A DNA stretch of 64,000 bases from Candidatus Woesearchaeota archaeon. GTDB lineage: Archaea > Nanobdellota > Nanobdellia > Woesearchaeales > WJIZ01. The translations under genes and the position numbers were made by a program. Under the pieces are notes generated by a model. It made no database searches and was not told the DNA's origin. It saw only the letters and a program-made list of their open reading frames with translations. Below, piece by piece: positions 20,338-30,403 of this stretch (the stretch's first letter is position 1; each line of letters begins with the position of its first letter). The stretch lies in the NCBI GenBank assembly GCA_018221205.1, contig JAAOYF010000017.1:863-64862 (forward strand). The letters run 5' to 3'.

Positions 20338-21353
20338 AAATAGGTATGCTCAGCAGATTCCCTCCTGAAAAGGATGGTATAGGTATCTACACAGAAGAAT
20401 TGGTGCAGGCATTGAGGAAAAAAGTCAAGGTCATCAAGATTGGCTCTCTTCATTCAGATGCAGATTACTGTCTTGACATGAAATCTTCCCTTCTCCATGA
20501 AAAACTGAAGCATATCATCAAGAAAGAACAGCTTGATCTGCTCCACATACAATATATCGCGCCTTTCTACAGCAAGATGCTCAACTATAATCTCCTGAAG
20601 GCGCTCAAGCAGGCCATACCGGTGATAGTGACCCTGCATGAAGTGCAATATCATACAGAGACGATTAAGCAGATGGCGCTCGCAAAGATAGAGGGATTGG
20701 TCGTGAAAAGAGCAAGCCGGGTTATCGTTCATACTGAAAGACAGAAAGCATTTCTTGAGAAGAAATATGCCGTAAAGAATGTGAAAAACATACTCATGGG
20801 TTTCAATATGGAAGAGATGTCAAGGAAAGGAAAGAATCTCCTCTTCTTCGGCATGATATCGAGAGAAAAAGGCATTCCTTATCTGCTGAAGGCAATGTCC
20901 CTTCTCAAAGGGTTTCATCTCACTGTCAAAGGGAATCCCATCAGCAACCAGATAGGAGAAGAGATACATAACGAGCTGAGAAGATGTGAGGAGGTAGACT
21001 ATGAATTGGGTTGGATCCCTGATAAAGAGAAACAGGCATCATTCAGAAAAGCAAATATCGTCGTCCTTCCTTATACCTGGGGACCATATCAATCTGCAGT
21101 TATTGCAAATGCTATGGAATATGGCCTGCCGGTAGTGGTGAGTAAAGTAGGGGCGATCTGGGAGCTCGTAGAGGAAAATGGTTTGGGAGAGGTCGTCTCT
21201 CCAAGAAATCCGAAACAGATTGCAGACGCGATCAAAGAAGTCTACATCAACTATCCGTCCTATCTAAAAACCATCGCAGCATTCAGAAAGAAGGCCAATT
21301 GGTCGCAGAGCGCAGAAAAACATTATCAGATCTATAAAAATGTCACAAGCTAA
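20334..21353 (+). CDS. GT4-family glycosyltransferase
   Basis: GT-B fold with a conserved C-terminal E-x7-E-like region. ATGA overlap with the upstream methyltransferase. Confidence 0.7.
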   Translation: MKIGMLSRFPPEKDGIGIYTEELVQALRKKVKVIKIGSLHSDADYCLDMKSSLLHEKLKHIIKKEQLDLLHIQYIAPFYSKMLNYNLLKALKQAIPVIVTLHEVQYHTETIKQMALAKIEGLVVKRASRVIVHTERQKAFLEKKYAVKNVKNILMGFNMEEMSRKGKNLLFFGMISREKGIPYLLKAMSLLKGFHLTVKGNPISNQIGEEIHNELRRCEEVDYELGWIPDKEKQASFRKANIVVLPYTWGPYQSAVIANAMEYGLPVVVSKVGAIWELVEENGLGEVVSPRNPKQIADAIKEVYINYPSYLKTIAAFRKKANWSQSAEKHYQIYKNVTS

Positions 21354-22758
21354 GACAGTCGCAAAAAATACGTTCTCATTATTTCTAGGAGAGGCCGTGA
21401 ATAAGGTCCTTTCTTTTCTCCTCATCTTCATGATTGCCCGCTCACTAGGAAGTTCAGAGCTCGGAAAATACTCTTTTGCGTTCGCATTCATCGGCTTTGC
21501 TTTGTTTTTCTCAAATTTAGGTGCGATAGAATATATGATAAGGGAGATCGCGAAATTCCCCAAACATGCGAAGAAGCTCTATGACCATGTCTTCACCTTA
21601 CGCCTGATGATACTTGGAGTGATGTCCCTCAGTCTGGTGGCTGTCGTATTGCTATGGGATAAGTTGACAAACATTTTTCTCATCGCATTCATGATCATCG
21701 GCATTGAAGTGCTGAGAAATCTCTCCCAAAATATTACTGCAGTGTTCCAAGGGAAGGAAAAGATGGAATATGTTGCGCTGGTGACGATTATCGAGCGCAT
21801 CCTTTCAGTCCTGTTTTCCTTCATAGTCCTCTGGCAGGGATTTGGCCTGCGGGCTGTTGTTGTTGTCTTGCTTTCATCACAGCTCATCGCATACATTATT
21901 GGCCTCGTGGTATTGAAAAAGACGTGCATCAGTCCAGGTATGGCAGTCAATCTGCCATATTACAAATCAATTATCCGCCACTCTCTCCCTTTTCTGGTCT
22001 CGAATTTTTTCTATATCATGTTATTCAGGATTGACACCATCATCCTAACGGCGTTTACGACCTATAGTATCGTCGGAGTGTATGCAGCTGCGGCAAAGAT
22101 CATCGAGGCGCTTGCCGCTATTCCCGTCATTCTCATCAGGCCTGTCTATCCTATCATGTCCCGTCTCTCTCTAAAAGGGGGTGTGAAAGATATTGGTAAC
22201 AAGCTTGTCTATTATATGGTGGTGCTTGCCGTTCCGATGGTGATTGGTACAATGATGTTGAGTGAAAGACTCATTCAGATTGTATATCCTGCAGACTTCA
22301 GTGCAGCCTCCCTCATCCTCCGTATTCTCATTGTCGGCGCTGGATTTGTATTCCTTAATTTCACGATGGGATATATGCTCAACTCCATTGGAAAAGAGAA
22401 AAAATTCACCCTCTCTAATACGATTGTAGCAGGTCTGAATATCCTCCTCAATCTCTCTCTCATCCCGTTCTTCGGCATGGTTGGTGCTGCTCTCGCCACT
22501 GTGATAAGTCAATTCACCAATTCTATTCTCCTCTTCCTCTTCACTGCAAGAGAAAAGCTTAAGGTCCGTATTTTCCACCATGTGCAGAAGCCATTGATTG
22601 CCTCTTTCGTGATGGGTGTTCTCATCTACTTGATAAGATCCTTCTCTATCTTACTGATCGTCCCTTCTGCGATGATAACATATGCGATCTTCTTCTATTT
22701 TATCGGAGGCATAGGTGAATTCGAAAAAAGATTTTTGCGCGAAGTGATGAAAAGATAA
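21340..22758 (+). CDS. Oligosaccharide/polysaccharide flippase (Wzx/MOP family)
   Basis: 12-14 TM helices, N-terminus KNTFSLFLGEAVNKVLSFLLIFMIAR typical of Polysacc_synt flippases. Confidence 0.75.
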   Translation: MSQAKTVAKNTFSLFLGEAVNKVLSFLLIFMIARSLGSSELGKYSFAFAFIGFALFFSNLGAIEYMIREIAKFPKHAKKLYDHVFTLRLMILGVMSLSLVAVVLLWDKLTNIFLIAFMIIGIEVLRNLSQNITAVFQGKEKMEYVALVTIIERILSVLFSFIVLWQGFGLRAVVVVLLSSQLIAYIIGLVVLKKTCISPGMAVNLPYYKSIIRHSLPFLVSNFFYIMLFRIDTIILTAFTTYSIVGVYAAAAKIIEALAAIPVILIRPVYPIMSRLSLKGGVKDIGNKLVYYMVVLAVPMVIGTMMLSERLIQIVYPADFSAASLILRILIVGAGFVFLNFTMGYMLNSIGKEKKFTLSNTIVAGLNILLNLSLIPFFGMVGAALATVISQFTNSILLFLFTAREKLKVRIFHHVQKPLIASFVMGVLIYLIRSFSILLIVPSAMITYAIFFYFIGGIGEFEKRFLREVMKR

Positions 22759-22848
22759 TACAATTTCACACTGAAGTGTGGGGTTTTAGACCCGGTGAGA
22801 TTTTCAATAACAAAAATTCTTATATAGGGAATGCCATCTCTGAACACT

Positions 22849-23985
22849 ATGAAAAAATTTGTCCAGGTCGTGATGGCTGTCGGCTCTGGCTGCCATTATC
22901 AAACCTCTCCAAAAGAGAAATATTTCTATAATAGTATCGATGTCATGAAGAAAAAAGGATTCACTCCAGAATTTTGGACACTCAGGCAAAAAGGAGAGAA
23001 GAAAAAAGAGATAGTGGATAGAGTCATGGTAAGAAGGTTCCAGAATCCTTTTTCGCTCGTGGCTACGCTCCTGCTCAAACCAGAAGTGAAGATGATCCAT
23101 GCCCATTTGAGGCCTTTTCTTCCTTCATTGCTATCTCCTCTTGCGATGAAGAGGTGTGTCCTCACTCCTCATACGTATGAGCTCGGCTCAACTTCCCTTA
23201 TAAGAAAAATGTCAGTATTTTTCATGAAACGGTTCACGAAAGTCATTGCACTCACTCCCTATGAAAAAGAACTGTATGAAAAACAGGGCATGAAGAACGT
23301 TGTGCTGATGCCCCACGCTATTGACATAGCTTATTTTTCAAAAAAGCCGAAAGATCTCTCGAAAATAAGGAAGCAGTACAACATCAAGTCAAAAGACTTC
23401 GTCATCACCTCAGTGTCGAATTTCAGGAAATTCAAGAACTTGGATACGATGATAGAGGCCTTCGGTATAATGTCAAAGAAGATAAAAGATGCGAAATTCT
23501 TTCTGGTAGGCATCAACCAACTTGACAACCCTCGCTATAAAGAGCAATCGGGGATGCGCTACAAGGACGTCGCCAATCCAGGGACTATAATAAAGAAATA
23601 TGGGATTCAGGACAGGGTGATCCTCACTGGAGGCCTTGATTACCAGAAAGTACGCGATATCTTGGCGGTAAGCCATGTATTCATCAATAGCTCAGACCCC
23701 GAGACCATGGGTCTTTCAGTCTACGAGGCTGCTGCCCACGGCGTCCCGCTCTGTCTTTCACGTATCGGCTCATTTACGACGGTTTTTGGCGACAGGGTGC
23801 TCTACAGCCCTCCTCGCAGTCCCGAACAACTCGCTCTGCAGTATCAAAAATATTATAAGCAACCATCATTGCAGAAACAGAATGGGCAGAGGGTGAAGAG
23901 ACTCATGAAGCAATGGGACTATCCTTTGTTCATGAAGAAATTGGATAAGCTCTATTCAGATGTGATAGCATGCCGGAAATCGTAA
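22849..23985 (+). CDS. GT4-family glycosyltransferase
   Basis: GT-B fold, ...GLSVYEAAAHGVPL... TATA-like ttcttatatagg at about 22822. Confidence 0.65.
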   Translation: MKKFVQVVMAVGSGCHYQTSPKEKYFYNSIDVMKKKGFTPEFWTLRQKGEKKKEIVDRVMVRRFQNPFSLVATLLLKPEVKMIHAHLRPFLPSLLSPLAMKRCVLTPHTYELGSTSLIRKMSVFFMKRFTKVIALTPYEKELYEKQGMKNVVLMPHAIDIAYFSKKPKDLSKIRKQYNIKSKDFVITSVSNFRKFKNLDTMIEAFGIMSKKIKDAKFFLVGINQLDNPRYKEQSGMRYKDVANPGTIIKKYGIQDRVILTGGLDYQKVRDILAVSHVFINSSDPETMGLSVYEAAAHGVPLCLSRIGSFTTVFGDRVLYSPPRSPEQLALQYQKYYKQPSLQKQNGQRVKRLMKQWDYPLFMKKLDKLYSDVIACRKS

Positions 23986-24650
23986 ACGGACAAAGAAAAG
24001 TATGGAACCCTCTCGCGAGGTATTATATAGAACCGATTGGAGAGTGGATCGCTGAAAGGCTGAAAAATACTATCGTCACGCCGAATTTCATCACACTGAT
24101 AAATACAATTCTCAGTCCCGTTGCCGGGTTGCTTCTCTTCTCAGACAATTATCTTCATCTGGTGCTGTTTGCGATCTGGGTACGGATCTTCCATATCATA
24201 GATATCATTGACGGCCACCTAGCAAGGATAACCGACAAGAAGAGTAAATTTGGCGGTCTATTCGATGGCATCAGTGACCGTTTTGTCGTCGGTTCATGGT
24301 TTGCCTTAATCGCTATCTCTCTCTATGTGAAGTCATCAAACCATGTCTTCCTGCTATTTGGCATTCTCCTGCTCTTCGGAGAGTTCATCTACACAGATAC
24401 GGCTATGCTATCCGACAAGATTTATGTAGGCCATATAAAGAAAGACAAGGTCAAGCAGCAGCTGAAGCGGAATGCCTTTGCGAAGATCTTTCTTACGTTC
24501 ATCGACAATGACATAAGCTGGCATCTTCTGACTCTTGCTGCGTTGCTCAACAGATTAGATATATTCCTCATCTTCTATGCAATATATGTGAATCTTGTCT
24601 GGATGAGTTATCTGGGCTATTATTTCCTAAAGCATATCACAGGTGGATGA
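23970..24650 (+). CDS. CDP-alcohol phosphatidyltransferase family membrane protein
   Basis: DIIDGHLARITDKKSKFGGLFDGISDRF fits D-x2-DG-x2-AR...G-x3-D-x3-D. Confidence 0.65.
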   Translation: MPEIVNGQRKVWNPLARYYIEPIGEWIAERLKNTIVTPNFITLINTILSPVAGLLLFSDNYLHLVLFAIWVRIFHIIDIIDGHLARITDKKSKFGGLFDGISDRFVVGSWFALIAISLYVKSSNHVFLLFGILLLFGEFIYTDTAMLSDKIYVGHIKKDKVKQQLKRNAFAKIFLTFIDNDISWHLLTLAALLNRLDIFLIFYAIYVNLVWMSYLGYYFLKHITGG

Positions 24651-24651
24651 A

Positions 24652-26520
24652 TTGTGTGGTATCGTCGGAATCTATAATGGTCCGGTCTCAAAAGCTGTCC
24701 TGAAGAAGATGACTGACTGTCTTGCCCATAGGGGCCCTGATGATTCAGGCATCTATACGGATAAGAAGATTGGTCTCGGCCATCGCCGGCTTTCTATCCT
24801 TGACTTGAGCAAAAAAGGTCATCAGCCCATGCTTGACAGAGAGAAAAGTGTTATCATTTCTTATAATGGAGAGATCTATAATTTTCAGAAGATAAAGGAA
24901 GACCTCCAAGGTAAAGGATATTCCTTCAGCTCAGATACTGATACTGAAGTCATCTTATATGCATACAAAGAATGGGGCATCGACTGCATCAAGAGATTCA
25001 ATGGTATGTTCGCTTTCGCATTGTATGATAAAAAGAAAGATGTCCTCTATCTTGTAAGGGACCGCTTAGGGATAAAGCCGTTGAGATATACTGTCCAAGG
25101 AAAAGCAATAATCTTTGCCTCTGAGATAAAATCGATCCTTCACCATCCAAGCTACAAGAAGCTGCCCGATTGGAAAGCATTGAGCAGCTATCTCTCTTAC
25201 CGCTATGTCCTTGGTGAAGGGACATTCTTCAAAGGGATCAATGACATATTGCCTGGTCATTATCTAGAGATAAGCAAGGGAAAGATAAAGAAAGTGGAAT
25301 ATTGGGATATCCCTCTTCCAGAGAAGAAAGATCGCGGAAAAAGTTTCTACAAAAAGAAAGTCAGAGAGTTGATGGCTGAGTCTGTCCGGCTGAGGATGAT
25401 CAGCGACGTCCCTGTTGGAGCCTACTTGAGCGGAGGCCTTGACTCAAGCATCATCGTCTCCTTGATGTCCAAGGCAACGAATGAGCATGTGAAGACCTAC
25501 TCCATAGGTTTCAAGCAGAAAGAGTTCAATGAGCTCAAATATGCCAATCTTGTCGCAAAGCAATGCAGGACAAGACATAAGGATATCATGATAGACAGCA
25601 GAAAATACCTTAAGACCATGGAGAGACTCATAAGATTCAAGGACGCGCCCCTCGCAGTGCCGAATGAGATACCCATCTACTTGATGTCGAAAGTGCTGCG
25701 GAAAGATATAACTGTCGTCCTGTCAGGAGAAGGCGCAGATGAGATCTTCTCAGGTTATGGCCGCCTGTTCAGGAGCCCATTTGACTATAAACGTTTAGCA
25801 TTCAGGACAGAATCATTGGGAAAAAAGTATGGCACCCGTTCCTTTACTCAGCTGGACCATTTTCTCTTCCAGTACAACTACTTTCCGGTCGAGGAAAAGA
25901 ATGCCATCTATAATGGATTCATGAAGGGGCTTACTAAAAACGATGCTGGTCTGAAGAGAATATTCCAGAAATACTTCACAAAGGCAAGCCGTCTGAACTA
26001 TTATGACAAGATAAGCTATGTGTTCGAGAAACTCCACCTCGTCGGCCTGCTGGAAAGGGTCGACAACCCGACAATGGCTACCTCTGTCGAGGCAAGAGTG
26101 CCCTTTGTCGATCATAAATTAGTAGAATTCATGTTTTCAGTGCCGATGAAATACAAGCTGAAATGGAAATCTCCTCTTGCGTTCCTCAAAGCCCTTTCTA
26201 AGAACACCGACGAGATAAGTGAGAATCTCGACATAACCAAATACATCCTGAGAGAGAGCTTCAAGAAAGACATTCCTGCTGCAGTCATCAAGAGAAAGAA
26301 GCAGGGCTTCCCTGTTCCTTTGGATTTTTGGTTCAAGAAAGATTTTATAGCATATGCAAGGAGGATTCTCTTAGATCCTAAGGCAAAGATAAAGAAGATA
26401 ATCGATCAGGCTAGACTCGATGGCTGGATCCAGAAGAAAAAACAGTCAGGCGACAATGCATTTGGCCAAAAGATATGGATGTTGGTGAATATTGAGCTCT
26501 GGCTTCAGAATTATTTTTAA
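24652..26520 (+). CDS. asnB: Asparagine synthase (glutamine-hydrolysing) family amidotransferase
   Basis: CGIVGIY... Ntn-glutaminase N-terminus plus SGGLDSS PP-loop. The catalytic Cys must be residue 2, which implies a TTG start at 24652 rather than the ATG at 24643. Confidence 0.8.
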   Translation: MCGIVGIYNGPVSKAVLKKMTDCLAHRGPDDSGIYTDKKIGLGHRRLSILDLSKKGHQPMLDREKSVIISYNGEIYNFQKIKEDLQGKGYSFSSDTDTEVILYAYKEWGIDCIKRFNGMFAFALYDKKKDVLYLVRDRLGIKPLRYTVQGKAIIFASEIKSILHHPSYKKLPDWKALSSYLSYRYVLGEGTFFKGINDILPGHYLEISKGKIKKVEYWDIPLPEKKDRGKSFYKKKVRELMAESVRLRMISDVPVGAYLSGGLDSSIIVSLMSKATNEHVKTYSIGFKQKEFNELKYANLVAKQCRTRHKDIMIDSRKYLKTMERLIRFKDAPLAVPNEIPIYLMSKVLRKDITVVLSGEGADEIFSGYGRLFRSPFDYKRLAFRTESLGKKYGTRSFTQLDHFLFQYNYFPVEEKNAIYNGFMKGLTKNDAGLKRIFQKYFTKASRLNYYDKISYVFEKLHLVGLLERVDNPTMATSVEARVPFVDHKLVEFMFSVPMKYKLKWKSPLAFLKALSKNTDEISENLDITKYILRESFKKDIPAAVIKRKKQGFPVPLDFWFKKDFIAYARRILLDPKAKIKKIIDQARLDGWIQKKKQSGDNAFGQKIWMLVNIELWLQNYF

Positions 26521-27020
26521 TGCTCCTTCAGTTCTTTCCGCAATTTCTCCAGATCTTTGCTTTTCCGTGCATACACTTTCAGTTTTGAGAGTTCCTCTCT
26601 CTCTTTGATCAAGAGTGTATTGAGGACAGTCGAAGAGACCCCTTGAGTATAAGGGAAATAGATGACTTTGACTCCCATTTTCTTGAATTTCTTTTCAATA
26701 GAAGTCCATTTTTTTGTCTTGAACCAATCATCACCGACAAACATCACATCAAATTTCAGCCGTTCCCATTGCTTGAACTTATCCATGTCCTTTTGAGGGA
26801 CAACAGAATCGACATATTTGATTGAACGGACAATCTCGCAGCGTTCATTGAAGGGGATGATGGGGCTTTTGAACTTGTATGCGACAAGTTCGTCAGTGGT
26901 CACGCCGACAACAAGTCTGTCGCACATCGATTTTGCGTTGCGCAGCACATTAAGGTGTCCGATATGGAATAAGTCAAAGACGCCTGCAGTGTAGCCGACG
27001 ATTTCCTTCTTCTTTTTCAT
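26517..27020 (-). CDS. tagD: Glycerol-3-phosphate cytidylyltransferase
   Basis: GYTAGVFDLFHIGHLNVLRNAK shows the HxGH cytidylyltransferase motif, and the 167-aa size is TagD-like. The stop overlaps the asnB stop convergently. Confidence 0.8.
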   Translation of the reverse strand: MKKKKEIVGYTAGVFDLFHIGHLNVLRNAKSMCDRLVVGVTTDELVAYKFKSPIIPFNERCEIVRSIKYVDSVVPQKDMDKFKQWERLKFDVMFVGDDWFKTKKWTSIEKKFKKMGVKVIYFPYTQGVSSTVLNTLLIKEREELSKLKVYARKSKDLEKLRKELKEH

Positions 27021-27058
27021 GATTCTCTAAGTTGCAACTCGATTTAAATATCTTTCCT

Positions 27059-28909
27059 TTAGACGACTCGGAATATGATTGCTCCTGCTGTCTGGAATGC
27101 GACTGGAAATTGAGGAGATGTTCCTATCTCTTCAATCCTTTGTGAAAGGAGTTCTTGAGTGACGTTCTCCCCGAAGGTCCTGCTTAAGAAATTAAAAGAG
27201 CTTCCATCGACAACCAGATATTCATATTCATTTTCCTTAAGGAACTGGGAAAGCTCACTCGCATTCTTATAGAGGATCTCCTTTCTGAACGCGACCACGT
27301 CGTCACACCAAAGACAGCTGAATTTATCCATACCGATCAGATGCTCATCATAGGAATACGCAAAAACCTTCGTACCGACAGGCAATTGTCCTAACCAGAT
27401 ATATCCTTGGATCTCCTCATTCGAGGTCCATCCTACTCCTGGCGGCCATTGTGCTGTATTGACAGCATACTTCTGCATCCCGGATGTCTGCCATAGGAGT
27501 ATGATTAAGATGATGATGGTGACAAATTGAGGTATCTTGAATTGTCTGCCTAATCTTACCAGGAACGAAAATCCCTCCGCAGCAAGAAGAGAAAGCGGCA
27601 GTGCGAACAGCATCCAGAATCTGAAAGCGAAAAGCCCGAATGGAAGATTAAAGGTAAGGCTGTTGATGCCTAGGAAAGTAAACAGGCTCCAGAGTATAAT
27701 GATGAGTGTCTTTGTCTTCTTGTCCTTATTCATCGACTTGAAAGTGAAAGCGATAAGGATGATAGAAAACAGAGCAAGCAAGGTTATGACAACACCAAGA
27801 CCGATAGGATTATTGATCATGTTAGCAGACTTAGCGACAAAAAAGTCATCGAAGGTATAGATGCGGGTAGCTGTTCCGCTGCCTGGCGGGAATGCTTTTT
27901 TGAGCGCTTGCCAGAGGTTGAATCCTCCTGACGATACATCCACTGCACCATCAGATCCTTTGAAGATGATCTGTTTCCAGTTCCATGCCCACCAGATAAG
28001 TGATAAAAGATAGCCTCCGGCAATCGCAGTAAAATGGGGCAAAGAGAATTTTCTGTTCATAATCCATCTGACGATAAAAAAGATGCCATACATGAATGCA
28101 TATTTGATAGGTTGTGTGGGTTGAGTGAGAGCAATGCCTGCAATGACCATCATAGTAGGATACATCCAGCGTTTATCCTTCTCAATCTGGACAAGGCAAT
28201 AGAGAGAGACGATGAAAAGGGTAGTGACTAGGGAATGTGCCCAGATGAAATGGCTCAGATAACTGGGTACCATCGCCAGCGCAATAGTGGCATACAATGC
28301 TTTTGAGCTCTGCAAGAAATGTTTAGCGAAGAAATAGAAAAAAAGAATGCCGAGCGAGATGAATAAGGCATTGAAGAATTTTAAAGTCCACATCAATGAG
28401 GCACTGGTCTGATGAAGTATGCCTAAGATTGCGTCAAAGGCAGGTGGATAAGGCAGGATATAGAAAAACTGGTCATGGGGATCATCAATCTTCTTTTCAA
28501 CAGCTACATATTTAGCACCCACCGCATGAGCCCAAGGATCATCATCTTCAAGATAGGGATACACAAAAGCCCCTTTGGTATACATGAAAAGGGTCGCCCC
28601 GAAAATTAAGAGTACGATAAGAAAATAGATATGTGACTTCTTGAGGATGAATGCATGCAATTTAAAATTTTTGTAGTTCTTGAAAGCCATCACCAAAGGG
28701 CCGATTATACTGAGCAAAAGAATGATTCTCCAATCCAGCATGATATGCAAAAAATCGAGAAGCACGACCAAAAAGGCCAGTACACCAAGGCCTATGCCTA
28801 TTCTCATGATATGCCGTTCGATGATATCTTGCTTCTTTAAGAAAAAGCTTGCACTGAAGCCTAATCCATAGGCATAGATGAAAAATAAGAGTATAGTGAA
28901 AAAGCTCAT
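27059..28909 (-). CDS. GT-C-fold membrane glycosyltransferase (ArnT/PMT-like) with a C-terminal soluble domain
   Basis: About 13 TM helices. The first extracytoplasmic loop carries an acidic YPYLEDDDPW motif like the GT-C DD/DE catalytic motif. Confidence 0.55.
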   Translation of the reverse strand: MSFFTILLFFIYAYGLGFSASFFLKKQDIIERHIMRIGIGLGVLAFLVVLLDFLHIMLDWRIILLLSIIGPLVMAFKNYKNFKLHAFILKKSHIYFLIVLLIFGATLFMYTKGAFVYPYLEDDDPWAHAVGAKYVAVEKKIDDPHDQFFYILPYPPAFDAILGILHQTSASLMWTLKFFNALFISLGILFFYFFAKHFLQSSKALYATIALAMVPSYLSHFIWAHSLVTTLFIVSLYCLVQIEKDKRWMYPTMMVIAGIALTQPTQPIKYAFMYGIFFIVRWIMNRKFSLPHFTAIAGGYLLSLIWWAWNWKQIIFKGSDGAVDVSSGGFNLWQALKKAFPPGSGTATRIYTFDDFFVAKSANMINNPIGLGVVITLLALFSIILIAFTFKSMNKDKKTKTLIIILWSLFTFLGINSLTFNLPFGLFAFRFWMLFALPLSLLAAEGFSFLVRLGRQFKIPQFVTIIILIILLWQTSGMQKYAVNTAQWPPGVGWTSNEEIQGYIWLGQLPVGTKVFAYSYDEHLIGMDKFSCLWCDDVVAFRKEILYKNASELSQFLKENEYEYLVVDGSSFNFLSRTFGENVTQELLSQRIEEIGTSPQFPVAFQTAGAIIFRVV

Positions 28910-28930
28910 ACCCTCGAAAAAATGGAAACC

Positions 28931-28940
28931 TATTTAAATA
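28931..28940. promoter_or_regulatory. Perfectly palindromic TATA box (tatttaaata) in a divergent intergenic region
   Basis: It lies 22-31 nt from the minus-gene start (28909) and 37-46 nt from the plus-gene ATG (28977). Confidence 0.45.
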
Positions 28941-28976
28941 GTTTACCTCTTATCTCCGATAAAGAATGGGGGTACA

Positions 28977-29540
28977 ATGGCTTTACTTTCAACCTATTTA
29001 CGTCACCAACGTCTCAATCGTACACGACAATTCGTGAAGCAAGGTTTGCTGGAAGGAGATGTGCTTGATATTGGCTGTTGGGATGCAGAATTGCTGCAGT
29101 TCATCAAGCCAAAAAAGTATGTCGGGATTGATATTGAAAAGGAAAAGATCATAAAGAACAAGAAAAGATATCCGCAGCATGAGTTCTACATTATGGATCT
29201 AGAAAAAGACCCATTTCCACCTATCCAAAAAGTGGACACCATAATCCTCACCGCAGTCATCGAACATATCAATAATACAGGAAATTTCTTCTCTCAACTG
29301 CACAAAGTATTAAAAAAGCAAGGTAACTGTCTCATTACAACACCTACTCCGATAGGAAACTGGCTCCATGGCCTAGCTTCAAAGATCGGCTTGATGAGCA
29401 AGGAAGCAGCGCATGAGCATGTAAGCATCTACAATATCAAGAAGATGAAAAAAGAATGCCAAAATTACGGTCTGAGAGTAAAGAGACATAAAAGATATCA
29501 GGGCGGATTGAATCAATACTTTATTGTGGGTATAAAATGA
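28977..29540 (+). CDS. Class I SAM-dependent methyltransferase
   Basis: VLDIGCWDAELL...ILTAVIEHI...QGNCLITTP. Confidence 0.65.
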   Translation: MALLSTYLRHQRLNRTRQFVKQGLLEGDVLDIGCWDAELLQFIKPKKYVGIDIEKEKIIKNKKRYPQHEFYIMDLEKDPFPPIQKVDTIILTAVIEHINNTGNFFSQLHKVLKKQGNCLITTPTPIGNWLHGLASKIGLMSKEAAHEHVSIYNIKKMKKECQNYGLRVKRHKRYQGGLNQYFIVGIK

Positions 29541-30403
29541 AAATAATCGTAACAATTCCGGCATATAATGAGGAAAAGACCATTGCCAAAGTAGTGAAAG
29601 AGATAAAGAGAAATGTTCAGGCCGCTATCCTTGTTATTGATGATGGCAGTACTGATGACACCGTTAAAGAAGCGAAGCAGGCAGGCGCTTCTGTGATCTC
29701 TCATCCGATGAACTATGGTCTTGCTCTTACCTTTAGGACAGAGATGAAAGAGGCGTTAAAATTGAAGCCTGATATCATTGTGCATACAGACGCAGATGGT
29801 CAATATCTCGCTTCTGACATCCCTCGGCTTATCAAACCAGTTAAAGAGAAAAGGGCAGATCTTGTGTTGGGCTCTCGATTCAAAGGAAAGATTGAACATA
29901 TGGCATTCATCAAGCGTTTTGGCAACAAGGCTTTTTCAAGGATAATCTCAAAGATAGTCGGAAAAAAGATAAGTGATGCCCAGACAGGTTTCAGGGCTTT
30001 TACGCCAGAGATTGCAAAACTCCTGATTACTTCTAATCATACTTACACCCAAGAGCAGATCATCCGCGCAATGAAGGAAAAATTCAGTATAGTTGAAGTG
30101 CCTGTCTATTTCGCAAAGAGAAAGGACAAGAGCAGATTGATGAAACATCCATTTGAGTACGCATTGAAGGCATGGATAAATCTCATGCGGATTTATCGGG
30201 ATTATGAGCCGTTGAAGTTCTTTGGTTTTTTTGGGGCATCTTCAATAACCTTGGGTTTGATTCTTGGTGTATGGATACTCTATACGCTGCTCCAGACAGG
30301 ACAGGTGGGTGGCATTCCAAGAGTGATTCTCTCTGCCCTGTTTATTATGACTGGGGTGCAGATTTTCCTCTTTGGTTTCTTGGCTGACATGCATCGAAAA
30401 TGA
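29537..30403 (+). CDS. Family-2 glycosyltransferase with a C-terminal TM anchor (Dol-P-sugar synthase, AglD/DPM1-like)
   Basis: MKIIVTIPAYNEEKTI...VIDDGSTDDT...TDADGQY...QTGFRAF plus two C-terminal TM helices. Confidence 0.8.
   Translation: MKIIVTIPAYNEEKTIAKVVKEIKRNVQAAILVIDDGSTDDTVKEAKQAGASVISHPMNYGLALTFRTEMKEALKLKPDIIVHTDADGQYLASDIPRLIKPVKEKRADLVLGSRFKGKIEHMAFIKRFGNKAFSRIISKIVGKKISDAQTGFRAFTPEIAKLLITSNHTYTQEQIIRAMKEKFSIVEVPVYFAKRKDKSRLMKHPFEYALKAWINLMRIYRDYEPLKFFGFFGASSITLGLILGVWILYTLLQTGQVGGIPRVILSALFIMTGVQIFLFGFLADMHRK

Noticed and set aside
22759-22800. Inverted repeat cacactgaagtgtg after the flippase gene, considered as a regulatory hairpin
   Set aside because: It is a short 5-bp stem. 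Archaeal termination relies mainly on T-tracts and one follows nearby, so it is not convincing as a discrete element.
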